A stretch of 64,000 nucleotides of DNA from Rhynchobatus australiae (taxonomy: Eukaryota), in contig JAUZTB010000001.1 in NCBI GenBank assembly GCA_034780895.1, positions 105,695,163 through 105,759,162 on the forward strand, given 5' to 3'. Below the pieces are notes generated by a model, which saw only the letters and a list, made by a program, of their open reading frames with translations, was not told where the DNA came from and made no database searches. Made by a program: the position numbers and the translations under genes. This document shows positions 1 through 10,440 of this stretch, piece after piece; positions within the stretch are counted from its first letter, which is position 1, and each line of letters begins with the position of its first letter.

Positions 1-1636
1 TCCCTCCAGGACATCCTCCCTTTCTACAGCTGTGACACTGTCCCTGATCAGTAAATCTTTCTGATTTGTTGATCGCAGACAAATCAGCAAAGACTTCTAC
101 TCAGACTTGGGGGATCTGTGTGGTTTAATTCTCTATATGACTCTTTTGGCTGTTTAAATTGTTACAGGACTGTCTATTTTTATTATTTACACAAATCACT
201 TCATCACTTTCTATCTGCCAAAATTAAAATCTGTAGTCAATGAATAGAAATGCATTCTGCATTAGTCTCCCATGAACTTTTTTTCCTTCCACCAGCTTTT
301 CTTTCTCATTGATGAAGCAGTATTCAAACATGCGTTTGTTTGCATTGTCCAGTTATAGATTAATTGATTATTGGAAGACAAATATTTGATGTGAATATAG
401 TGCTTCCGTGGTACAGAATTGCACAGGAAGAAGGAAAAGTTGGATTCCACTAAGGATAAATTGCTTGAACTTTTGCTTTTAGTTTGAGTTTTTACCCTGA
501 AATTACTTTTGATAATCTGTCTTGTAAACATTGGCTCTTTGCTATATCGAAGAAATAGAGGATCCCTGGAAAATTGATATAGTTAACAAATTATCTGAAG
601 TCTTAGGCATAAATGAATTTTGAATTTCAAAATTTAAAATATAATGTCAGTAATGTCAGTAGCCTAGATATGAAATGCTGCACATAGAAAAGTTTTATGA
701 GGAAGTTCTTTTGATTTTTTCTGCTGTTGTTAAGTATTATGTCAGAATCAGTATTTTACATTGTTGCTGGATCGATGATTAGGTCTTNNNNNNNNNNNNN
801 NNNNNNNNNNNNNNNNNNNNNNNNNNNNNNNNNNNNNNNNNNNNNNNNNNNNNNNNNNNNNNNNNNNNNNNNNNNNNNNNNNNNNNNTACATTGTTGCTG
901 GATCGATGATTAGGTCTTCCTATTCACCACTTGATATCTAATTGCTCCTAGTATCAATACCCTCTGCACCCCCCCCCCATGGTGATTATACCTTTATAAA
1001 TAACCAAGTCTCTGTGCAAATTGACAAGATTTTATATAGTAACATCAGGAGTCCCAAAGTTACAAGGAGCTCTTTGCAATACTTTTCCTGATTGACATTG
1101 GTTCCACAACATGTGTAGCGAAGGAACGTAACATTGCAGCAACTCTCCACTGTTTACCTGGGGAGTTCATTCAAATAACCCCTGCCCATGTAGATATGAC
1201 ACAGATAAACCTTGTCCTTTGATTTCAGTAAAGAGAAATGGCTGAGGAGCTATATTAGTATTTTTAAATGCATCGATTAAAACTTCCAAAATAAATTATG
1301 CCAGATACTTCATAGAGTTGTTGATTGTGCCTAAGCTAGGGGACAAGGCTGAACTGGCTGTTGGTGTTTTTCTCTTCAACTGTTTTGTGCGCAAGGCTTG
1401 TCCTGCAGCCATGACCTTAAGCTATTTTTTTCTGCACCAAGTGGAAACTTTTCATAACACTAAGTGTGAATTCTGAGACTATATATAGGGAATTAGAGAT
1501 AGTCCTTGTTATATCCAATTAGTTTAGGGAGTTCAAATGTGCATAGCATTTTTTTCTCCAACACATCCAAAGTTAGATTTGAGACACTCTCTAAATTACA
1601 CATTCTTTACTGAATAACAGCATGCAATTTGCTTAC

Positions 1637-1734
1637 CTCCTTCTTTATCCTATAGTACTCGTCAATAGCATACTGGTACTTCGGTGCATTTATACCAAAA
1701 AGGGAAGCTAATTTTTCTCCTAAGAAGTCACACA
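1637..1734 (-). CDS. FAM177A1: FAM177A1 coding exon 4
   Basis: taatag|TG TGT GAC TTC ... AAG AAG GAG|gtaagc; CDFLGEKLASLFGINAPKYQYAIDEYYRIKKE. Confidence 0.95.
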
Positions 1735-4700
1735 CTATTAAAAAAAATTACAAAATTATTAATGAATGTTCAGTTTTATCATTAATGCTTGAAGTAGATA
1801 TGTTTCTCCAAAATTATCACATTTTCATTCTCTTAAATTCATGAAACCTCCCACTTAACACTCAAGATTTGTTTCTGTTTTCTTGTTGTTACCTTCATTT
1901 AATTTTGCTCCTTGAATTCTGTCAATTAATTACACTCCTGCATCTACTCACTGAAACATCATCCAATCCTGACAAAAGGCCATTAGCCTTGTAATTAATG
2001 ACACTACCTATATGCTATGCTTACCTGATAGTGTTCCTGTAGCAAATCTTAGCATGTAGAACCACAGAAATGGGCCCCAAGGAAGTTTGCTCTGGGGAAA
2101 AAAAAGTTTAATATTTTATACCCGGATGCTCATTTTGCCCACGATTCATAACTATAACTTAATAGTAGACTTCAATCTTACAACATCAATTGTAGGCAAC
2201 AAATCTTTCTTATCTTCTTCCTGCTCTTCTTCATCTGTGCTGTACTCCTCCATAGTTTCACCACTTGCAAAGTGAATGATTCTCCGAGGAACCTTTTGTT
2301 TCTTCGTACTCATGTCTCCAAGTTCTACATTCTCGAATGATTTTCCGCTTGCCTGCAGCTTTTAAGGAATAAATAAAATTATTTAGATGAATAATGACAG
2401 AATAAATTTGACAATCTCTCAATTCCTAGCAGATATTGTCTCATCTTGAACATAAGTGTATGGTAACAGAGAAATTTAAATAGTAACTGGAAGAGGAAGT
2501 ACGAGCATTGTACTGCTGCATTTCCTGATGCTGCTATATTCACGTGGATCTATGATCTACAACGTGCAGACACTGTCTATCCACTTTCACCATAATTTGA
2601 AAATTAATCAGTCTCCAGTTGCTTGTATTTTTGAGCCCGAGTATTAGCATTACTAAAAATAGTTCCCTAAGGCCAGTACTGTCAGCCTATAGTTACACAG
2701 ATAAAAAAGGTTTTNNNNNNNNNNNNNNNNNNNNNNNNNNNNNNNNNNNNNNNNNNNNNNNNNNNNNNNNNNNNNNNNNNNNNNNNNNNNNNNNNNNNNN
2801 NNNNNNNNNNNNNNNNNNNNNNNNNNNNNNNNNNNNNNNNNNNNNNNNNNNNNNNNNNNNNNNNNNNNNNNNNNNNNNNNNNNNNNNNNNNNNNNNNNNN
2901 NNNNNNNNNNNNNNNNNNNNNNNNNNNNNNNNNNNNNNNNNNNNNNNNNNNNNNNNNNNNNNNNNNNNNNNNNNNNNNNNNNNNNNNNNNNNNNNNNNNN
3001 NNNNNNNNNNNNNNNNNNNNNNNNNNNNNNNNNNNNNNNNNNNNNNNNNNNNNNNNNNNNNNNNNNNNNNNNNNNNNNNNNNNNNNNNNNNNNNNNNNNN
3101 NNNNNNNNNNNNNNNNNNNNNNNNNNNNNNNNNNNNNNNNNNNNNNNNNNNNNNNNNNNNNNNNNNNNNNNNNNNNNNNNNNNNNNNNNNNNNNNNNNNN
3201 NNNNNNNNNNNNNNNNNNNNNNNNNNNNNNNNNNNNNNNNNNNNNNNNNNNNNNNNNNNNNNNNNNNNNNNNNNNNNNNNNNNNNNNNNNNNNNNNNNNN
3301 NNNNNNNNNNNNNNNNNNNNNNNNNNNNNNNNNNNNNNNNNNNNNNNNNNNNNNNNNNNNNNNNNNNNNNNNNNNNNNNNNNNNNNNNNNNNNNNNNNNN
3401 NNNNNNNNNNNNNNNNNNNNNNNNNNNNNNNNNNNNNNNNNNNNNNNNNNNNNNNNNNNNNNNNNNNNNNNNNNNNNNNNNNNNNNNNNNNNNNNNNNNN
3501 NNNNNNNNNNNNNNNNNNNNNNNNNNNNNNNNNNNNNNNNNNNNNGGGACATGCCCTCTTCTTGTTACTACCATCAGGGAGGAGGTACAGGAGCCTGAAG
3601 GCCCACACTCAATGATTCAGGAACAGCTTCTTCCCCTTCGCCATCAGATTTCTGAACAATCCATAAACACTACCTCATTATTCTTTTTTTTAATGCACTA
3701 TTTATTTATTTTTGTAATGTATAGTAATTTTATGTCTTTGCACTGTACTGCTGCCACAAAACAACAAATTTCATGTCATAATCAGTGATAATAAATCTGT
3801 TTCTGATTCTGACCCTTCCAAAGGCAATATGAAACAGAAATAGCATGTAAAATAGGATATTACATAGTTTTAACACAGCCAACTCTACCAATTTAGTATT
3901 ATTGTATTACTATGATACAATAACTGGACATGTCAAATACTACAACATATTCTCTCATCTAGCTTCTATTGAGCAGTCTTCTGTGCAAAAGCTAATTGCA
4001 TCACACACATGCATACCTCTAAATAGGAGAACTTTCCTACTCTTTGAATTGTGTTGCAGGATCTTTTACATAAGTGGGGCTGGCAAGGTGATCTCAATTA
4101 AATATATTTTGCACCTCTGACAATTCAGTACTCCATTACTGTGGATGCAGGTCTCTGTAAAATCATTCAAAACCATGATGTTTTGACTTCGAGGGAAGAG
4201 TGCTATCACTGAACTGAAGGGAAACCCTAATATGCAGGTGTTGCAGGTCTGTAAAAAGGGAAAAGTTCGAAACATTCAGTGAAGTAGAAATTCAGTAATA
4301 GAAAATATGAATGCTCCAAGGTTTGTGCCAGAAATATTAACTGACTTGCGTTCTCCGGGGATGCTAATTGACCTGTTGCATCTTAGCAAAGGTAATATCA
4401 ATGACTGCCAAAATACCATGCAATAACTGCAATATCATTTTTATAGAAACCCATTAAGATAAATCATAGCTCCTATCATACGATGATAATGATGGCAAGG
4501 ATATCAACAAGGATAGAAAATTAGACATCCAGCTTCTGAATATTTACAATTAAATATATACGTAAATTCAGAAAAATTCCAGTGTGTTGAAGCCAGAAAA
4601 AGTCAGGACTGATGCATTTAGTAGGTTAATCTTTAATAATGTAAATAGTGTGATAAATGACCAACAAACAACTTCTCCGGTCCTGAACTTTATAAGAATG

Positions 4701-7471
4701 GAGTCTTATTCGTTCTTGGCAAACCACCTTCTGTTATGAAACAAGCGAATGGTTTGATGAGCCATTTCAACAACCGAGCCTCCACAGTCATTAACAGTTA
4801 ATCATGTTACTGTGGATCTGGAGTAGGCCAGACTGGATAAGGACAGATTTCCTCTTATGAAGGATGTTGCTGAACCAGGTGGCTTTTTACAACAACCCAG
4901 AAGTTCTCCAGTTACCATTACTAAGGCTACTTTTTTTTAAAGAAGAGTAAGTCTCAACATCCATTATTTACTGCTGATTGCAAATTTGGTCCGATTAATA
5001 ACTCAAGAAAAATATATTTAATACTGGGCTGTGATCACATCTCACAAATAGAAGCCAACAATCTCATTCTTTCTGATTCAAACAGAATATGCCACAATTT
5101 GTTTTCGTGACATAGTATCTTACACGTAAAGACCAAGTTTAATGATCCGCTGTTCTGCACATTCCATGTTTACTGCAACCCCACTTCATTCATCTGTAAA
5201 CTCAAATGTGACCAGCTGCAACAGAAGTACATTGTTGTCCTTCTCAAAAACCTGTTCTGAAACTGATCAGAGCTTAATTATATACCAGAGAAAGCACAAG
5301 CTGATTCTGTCTAGCCAGCATTACCCTCAGATTCCTTCAAATAGCAACTTTATCACAAAGGACCTTGGTGAGACCACACCTGGAACATTGCATACAGGTT
5401 TGGCCTCCCTCCTGACGGAAGGATAAACTTGCAATTGAGGCAAGGAAGGTTCACCAGATTGATTGTCGGGGGTGGGGGTAGGATCGTCCTATAAGGAGAG
5501 ATAATAATAGACTGGGCATAAGCTCTCTTAGAGTTTAGAAAAATGATACAAAACATACAGAATTCTTTACAGGATTCCCAAGGCTGGTGTGTCTAGAACC
5601 AGAGGTCACAGACTCTAAAGAAGGGCCTGCCATTTAGAGCTGAGGAGAGTGGAAATTTCTACACTCGGAGGTAAATTATTCTTTGGAATTCTCTACCCAA
5701 GAAGAACAGTCGAGGCTCACAGAGATGGGTAGATTTCTGGATATTAAAAGAATCACAGAATATGAGACAGCTCAGGAAAGTGGTGGTGAGCAAACCAGCC
5801 ATGATCATACAATTGCAGAGCAGATGCAAAGCCAAGTGGTCTGCTTTTTTTTTGTCCTTAGGCCCTGCCTACTTTCCACAAGCCTGGCATTCTGTGTATT
5901 CCTCACATTCTTTTCAAACTTTAGTCATTTTTATTTTAAGGATTTTGAATCCTTGTTCCTTTGATTCATTTTCAGTGGAATGTTACTTTTTATTCCTTCT
6001 AATCATTTATCACAAAATTATTATAAAATCCACGGTGGCTCCTAATCATTGTTCAACTCTTTCTTACCCTTGTGGACCAGGGACAGATAAGAGACCATTG
6101 TGGTGGGGCAGTGACCATTCTCCGCCTATCGGATACCGTGTGGTCCCAGACGGGTTGACAGTGACTGTTCCTAGTCTGGCCGGACAGTGAAAGAAAATCA
6201 TAAGACTACAGATGCTGGAAATGGGAAACAAAACTGAAATAAACTGGAAACGTTTTGGATCTAGGACGCCTCGTTCAGAACTGTGAAAGAGAAATACAAG
6301 TTTCGGTAGGAGAGGTGGGGAGGGAATGTGTAGAACAAATGTTCAAGCAGCTTGAAGGGGGCAGTTAGCAGCACATTAAGCTGCTTTCTCTGTGTAATGT
6401 GGCGAGGCTGTGGGACATGCCCAACAGGCTAGACTATATGAATAGAAATAAGAAAAAACTGAACCAACATAATGACAGGCAGAAATGGCTAGTGCTGATG
6501 CAGACTAAAGGAAAGAATGGACTTTTTAAAGTTGGACAATTCGATATGCCATCCATAAGGCTGTACCCAGACGGAAGTGGAGGTGTTCCTCAAGCTTGCC
6601 TTCCAACCCCTTGTAGCAGTGCAGGAGGCCATAGGAAGAAAGGTCAGAGTGGGACTGGGAATTAAGGTGGCAGGCAACGGGGAAGCTCAGGGTCATGTCT
6701 GCCAATTGAAAGCAGGTGCTCTGCAAAGCATCAAATCTGTGTTTGGTTTCTCCAAAGCAACAGAGACCATATTGTGAACACTGAATGGAATACCCCAGAT
6801 TGGAAGAAGTGCAAGTGAATTGCTACTTCATCAGGAAGGCCTGTTTGGATGCCTGAAAGCTGGAAGGAAGGAAGGATATGAAATGACAGATGTTGCATCT
6901 CCTTCAGATGCATGGGGAAGTACCACAGGGCGGGTACTGGTTGGTGGGGACAGAAGAGCAGACCAGGGAGTTACAAAGTGACCGAGCCTGCAAAATGCTG
7001 AAAGGGGAGGAGATTGTGTGAACTTATTGTCCACTGGGAAGTGACTGACGATGTGATTTGCACGAAGGGATACAGTTTCAGATCCAACCCTGCAGATGTG
7101 ACAGAGTTCGGTAACATACACAACGGCAAGGAGTTACAAAGAATATGCACAAGATTGCACCCCCGAGGGGGGGGGGGGATAGGGGGCCACTCCCGCTGGG
7201 AAACCAGGAGACATTCCCAGCGGCTGCTGGCTGCTGGAATACCGCGGGTCATTCCCGGCCGATCGGGCCCCGGCTCCTCACTCCGGCGCCGCGCCCTCGC
7301 CGCCCCGCCCCGCCCCGCCCGCCGGGACTCTGCGGCCTTTGGCGAACCCGCCCGTCCGCGGCCAAGGCACCGAGCCCCTTCCCTCACCTTCTCCGCGTCC
7401 ATACTGCCCCCACTGAGCAGCACGTTGCCGGGGCTGAGGTAGAGGCCGAGACCGGGCAGCTTCTCCGCCAT
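1637..7471 (-). CDS. FAM177A1: FAM177A1, partial; exons 7388-7471, 2182-2358, 2025-2091, 1637-1734; final coding exon not found in window
   Basis: Spliced translation MAEKLPGLGLYLSPGNVLLSGGSMDAEK|LQASGKSFENVELGDMSTKKQKVPRRIIHFASGETMEEYSTDEEEQEEDKKDLLPTIDV|SKLPWGPFLWFYMLRFATGTLS|VCDFLGEKLASLFGINAPKYQYAIDEYYRIKKE carries the recalled FAM177 motifs (PRRxIHF.SGETMEEYSTDE; KYQYAIDEYYR). All introns GT-AG with consistent phases. Confidence 0.95.
2025..2091 (-). CDS. FAM177A1: FAM177A1 coding exon 3
   Basis: ttccccag|AGC AAA CTT CCT TGG GGC CCA ... TCA G|gtaagc; SKLPWGPFLWFYMLRFATGTLS. Confidence 0.95.
2182..2358 (-). CDS. FAM177A1: FAM177A1 coding exon 2
   Basis: FENVELGD...VPRRIIHFASGETMEEYSTDE; donor GTT|gtaaga; an alternative in-frame acceptor would start the exon at 2352. 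Confidence 0.93.
3546..3812 (+). mobile_element. Rex1/Babar-type non-LTR retrotransposon 3' fragment
   Basis: Reads GHALFLLLPSGRRYRSLKAHTQ*FRNSFFP, a typical Rex1-clade C-terminus, then an AT-rich UTR with AATAAA and a ctgatt-like tail; 5' part lost in gap. Confidence 0.7.
4700..4940 (-). mobile_element. Old SINE/LINE-derived interspersed repeat fragment
   Basis: gtaggccagactggataagg...tgaaccaggtggctttttacaacaa; related sequence recurs near 29850-29950; family assignment from recall. Confidence 0.4.
5430..5850 (+). mobile_element. Degenerate CR1 LINE 3' fragment
   Basis: gtctagaaccagaggtcacagactc...ctttggaattctctacccaa, the CR1 ORF2 end (SRTRGH, WNSLP) plus 3' UTR; similar copy at 24930-25490. 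Confidence 0.7.
6200..7010 (-). mobile_element. Penelope-like element fragment (GIY-YIG C-terminus and tail)
   Basis: ORF 6526-6726 PVACHLNSQSHSDLSSYGLLHCY...KLEEHLHFRLGT resembles the PLE endonuclease C-terminus; ends in the cagatgctggaaa tail that recurs across the window. Confidence 0.75.
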
Positions 7472-7580
7472 TTGCTGCTCTCGGCGGTGACGAGCGGTTC
7501 CCCGGCCGGAGTTCGCTGGGTGGCCAGGCGGCGGCGGCAGCGGTGCGCTCCCCACCCAGGCTCCGCTCACACACAAACAG
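7150..7580. promoter_or_regulatory. CpG island at FAM177A1 5' end with GC boxes and YY1-like site
   Basis: Very high GC/CpG; tandem CCCCGCCC near 7300-7322; CCGCCATTT (YY1-like) overlaps the ATG at 7469-7471. Confidence 0.8.
7388..7471 (-). CDS. FAM177A1: FAM177A1 coding exon 1
   Basis: caaATGGCG start in CpG island; 28 codons; donor AAG|gtgagg, phase 0, matching exon 2. Confidence 0.85.
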
Positions 7581-7589
7581 GCGGTCTGA

Positions 7590-7830
7590 CTGCACCTGCT
7601 GCAAAACAATGGGCCTCAGTGTCTGCAGTTCCTGCCTGCATTAGGTCAGTCAACACTGTGAACACTGAATGCAATGCCCTGGACTGGAAGAAGTGCAACT
7701 GAATTGCTGCTTCATCTGGAAGGACTGTTTGGATGCCTGGAAGCTGGGAAGGCAGGAGATGAAAGGACAGGCGTTGCATCTCCTGCGGTTGCATGGGAAA
7801 GTGCCACAGAGTGGGCACTGGTTGGCACTG
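7590..7830 (-). mobile_element. Penelope-like element GIY-YIG fragment
   Basis: GTFPCNRRRCNACPFIS...FQMKQQFSCTSS...HCIQCSQC, the Cys-rich lead-in and GIY-YIG start of PLE endonucleases; homologous to 6712-6950. Confidence 0.75.
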
Positions 7831-8919
7831 CTGTCTGGCCATTTACTGAGTGTGGGCAAGAGTCGGTTCTAGTCTGCTACTTCCAACGTATTGAGAGTAG
7901 CCAGGTTATGAAGGGATGTTACTGCTCTCCGGGTCTGTATTAAGAAGCTCAAATCTCATAGACGAGAGGCCGTGCTTTCCCATCTTTAAAGAGAGCTCTG
8001 TGATTAAAGGGGTGGTGAAAGAGGTCCTGCAAAAGCTGAATTTATTCGGTTAGAGTTGAAGAATTTTGACCAGGAAATTTTATTCCAAATCCACTGTTGT
8101 AAACTATGTGTTAATGCAAATGAAGCTCCATTAAGGTATAAATCTGACCTGTATTAAGTATTCAAGTCTTTTCTACATAATATTTCTTCAGCTACTTTCA
8201 AAGCTAACCAAGGAAACACACTGTGAGACAGCCTGGCTATATAAAGTTAAGCTACAGATCCATCGTGATCTATTAATGAAACGGGCTCAAAACTGAATGG
8301 AAACAGAAAATGCTGGGAAAACTGCCTACTTTATCTATTGGTAATGAACTACGGTGACAATAAACATATCCTTCTGAATCAGGCAAAAATTGAGTCCTGA
8401 CAAATTGAATGACTAGGGTGACCGATACACCCACGTCTCCTGGACGAGAGAGTTACCAATATAAGCGGGAGGATTCAGGAAATAGTAAATTCAGAAACTG
8501 TAACAGAGATGTGTCAAAACTTGAGGGGAAAAATCTCACCTTAAAGGGGAATGCAATATAAATAGATTGAGAATGAGGGGATGGTGCTATGAAGACAGTC
8601 TATTTGTAATATTGAACAGTTTAGGACTATATTCAATGGACCAGAATAATGAAAGATGCTATCACTGAAAATAAAATATAAGAATCTGGAAAAAATATTT
8701 TCTCTCACTGAGGATTCACCAAAGGATCACAGTCTCAGGAATAAGGATTTGGTCATTAAATTGAAGTCAAAGAAACTGCAGATGCTGGAAATTGTGAAGC
8801 AAAAGCAGCAACTGCTGGAGACACTCAGCAGGTCAGGCAGCGTGTGTGGGAAGAGAAAGAGAGGTAACAGTGCATTGTCGCAGGCCCTGAGCCTTTTTGG
8901 CACTGCAGGGAAGAGATTC

Positions 8920-10440
8920 GGAGATGTCCCGGAGTCTGTGCGATCCCCGGGGGACGGGGCTGAGGGTTGGGACAACAGACCCCGCCCCCTCCCTCCAACG
9001 AGCTGACGTCATGTCACGTGACGGCCGCGCAGAACTTTGTAAACAGGCTCTCGGCTCCGAAAACAGCCGAGAGCGTGGGGGGATCCCGAGATCATCAGAT
9101 CAACGCAACCGTCTTCAGAGCTTCCAGCTAACTTTAACCCAGGATGTTTTTCATTGTTATCGAATATTAAGTAAACCGACGAGGTTGCTCGCTGCGATTG
9201 CCGGTTATTGAGGTGTCTGTGGTGTGCCGGCTCTTTCTTTCCCCCCCCCAATACCTGTGCGGTGTAGGGGTCCCGCCCGCCTTCCGGTGCCAGGCCCGGA
9301 GCCGGGACTGGAGTGGAAGCGATGAGACAGCGGCGGCGCTGAGGGAGTGAAGTGAGCGTGTGGCCGGGGGCCGCAGCCAGTGCAGCCGCTGGGGGACGGG
9401 GGGAGAGAGAGAGAGAGGAGCGAGTGAGCGGGGACGGTGCCCCAGGGCCTGAAGCCACTCCCGAGGGCGGCGGGCGGTCGGTCGGCCGGGGCCGGGCGGG
9501 AGGGAGGCCGGGGCCGAGCGATGGCGCTGTGCGGGGCCGTGGCGGCGGCGGCGNNNNNNNNNNNNNNNNNNNNNNNNNNNNNNNNNNNNNNNNNNNNNNN
9601 NNNNNNNNNNNNNNNNNNNNNNNNNNNNNNNNNNNNNNNNNNNNNNNNNNNNNAACAGTCGTCCAGAACGATGGCAGTTTCCCTTTTGTCTGGGCAGCCC
9701 GAAGGCCCGTGCCTGCCGCCTGCGCCGCCTTCCCTCCCCGCGCTCTTTGTGAGACCGCAGCGACGGCGGCGGCGGCGGCCGCCGCGCTGCCGTGCGAAGT
9801 CATCGTGCACATCTTCTCCTTCCTGCCCCCCTGGGACCGGCTGCGGGCCTCGTCCGTCTGCTCCAAGTGGCGGGAGTGCCTCTTCTACCCGTCGCTGTGG
9901 CCGGAGCTGCGGCTCCGCCTGCGCGGCTCGGCCGCCGAGCGCTGCCGCCTCGACTTCCTCATGAAGAAGTGCGGCTCATTCGTGCGGGAGCTGCGGGTGG
10001 AGTTCGAGGGCGGCGGCGGCGGCGGAGGGGGGCGGCCCGACCCGCTCCGGAGTTACATGGACGAGGTGGTGTGCGTGTTGAAGAGCGTGAGGAGCAACCG
10101 CAACCTGCAGAAGCTCAGCGTGTTCGGCGACATCTACCTGCAGGAGCCCGACGACAAGCACTCGCACGAGTAGGTGTCCTGGCCGGGAAGGGTGGAGCCC
10201 CGGGGGGAGGTGGGGGGCGCAGCCAGGGGACCCCCGACAGAGAGCAGCCCCGGCCCTGGGCATGTGGGCTCCGTGGCCATTGCCGTGTGAATGTTACACG
10301 CCGGTTGAGTTTGGTTGGATGCTCTGTCGTGCGTCCGCCTCGCAGCGCTCCTCCTTCCCCGGCTGATGGCGGTGGCGCTGGTCTCTCAGGGTCGCTCGGC
10401 TGCTGCAATGTCGCGTTGTTTCTCAGCATTTACACGCAGC
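8920..10440. promoter_or_regulatory. CpG island at FBXO33 promoter and exon 1
   Basis: CpG-dense; TGACGTCA 9004-9011, GTCACGTGAC 9013-9022, ETS-like CTTCCGG near 9281. Confidence 0.85.
9521..10169 (+). CDS. FBXO33: FBXO33 exon 1 (F-box); 9554-9653 is an N gap and about 9654-9763 may be misjoined
   Basis: gcgATGGCG start; donor CAC GA|gtaggt, phase 2, joins A ATC CAA at 14614. Confidence 0.85.

Noticed and set aside
262-531. 89-aa minus-strand ORF as the FAM177A1 last exon
   Set aside because: No resemblance to the expected Glu-rich FAM177A1 C-terminus and no convincing acceptor.
757-918. Direct repeats flanking 100-N gaps (also near 17586-17791, 30519-30690, 43979-44117)
   Set aside because: Identical or near-identical sequence on both sides of a standard-size gap indicates unmerged contig overlaps, not biological duplications.
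2619-3788. Long ORFs spanning N runs (also near 11942-12503, 33237-33640, 48714-49640, 52757-53374)
   Set aside because: Open only because N codons contain no stops.
6971-7702. Overlapping GC-rich ORFs around FAM177A1 exon 1 (and 9009-10451 around FBXO33 exon 1)
   Set aside because: Shadow ORFs of stop-poor CpG islands; only the exon portions show homology.
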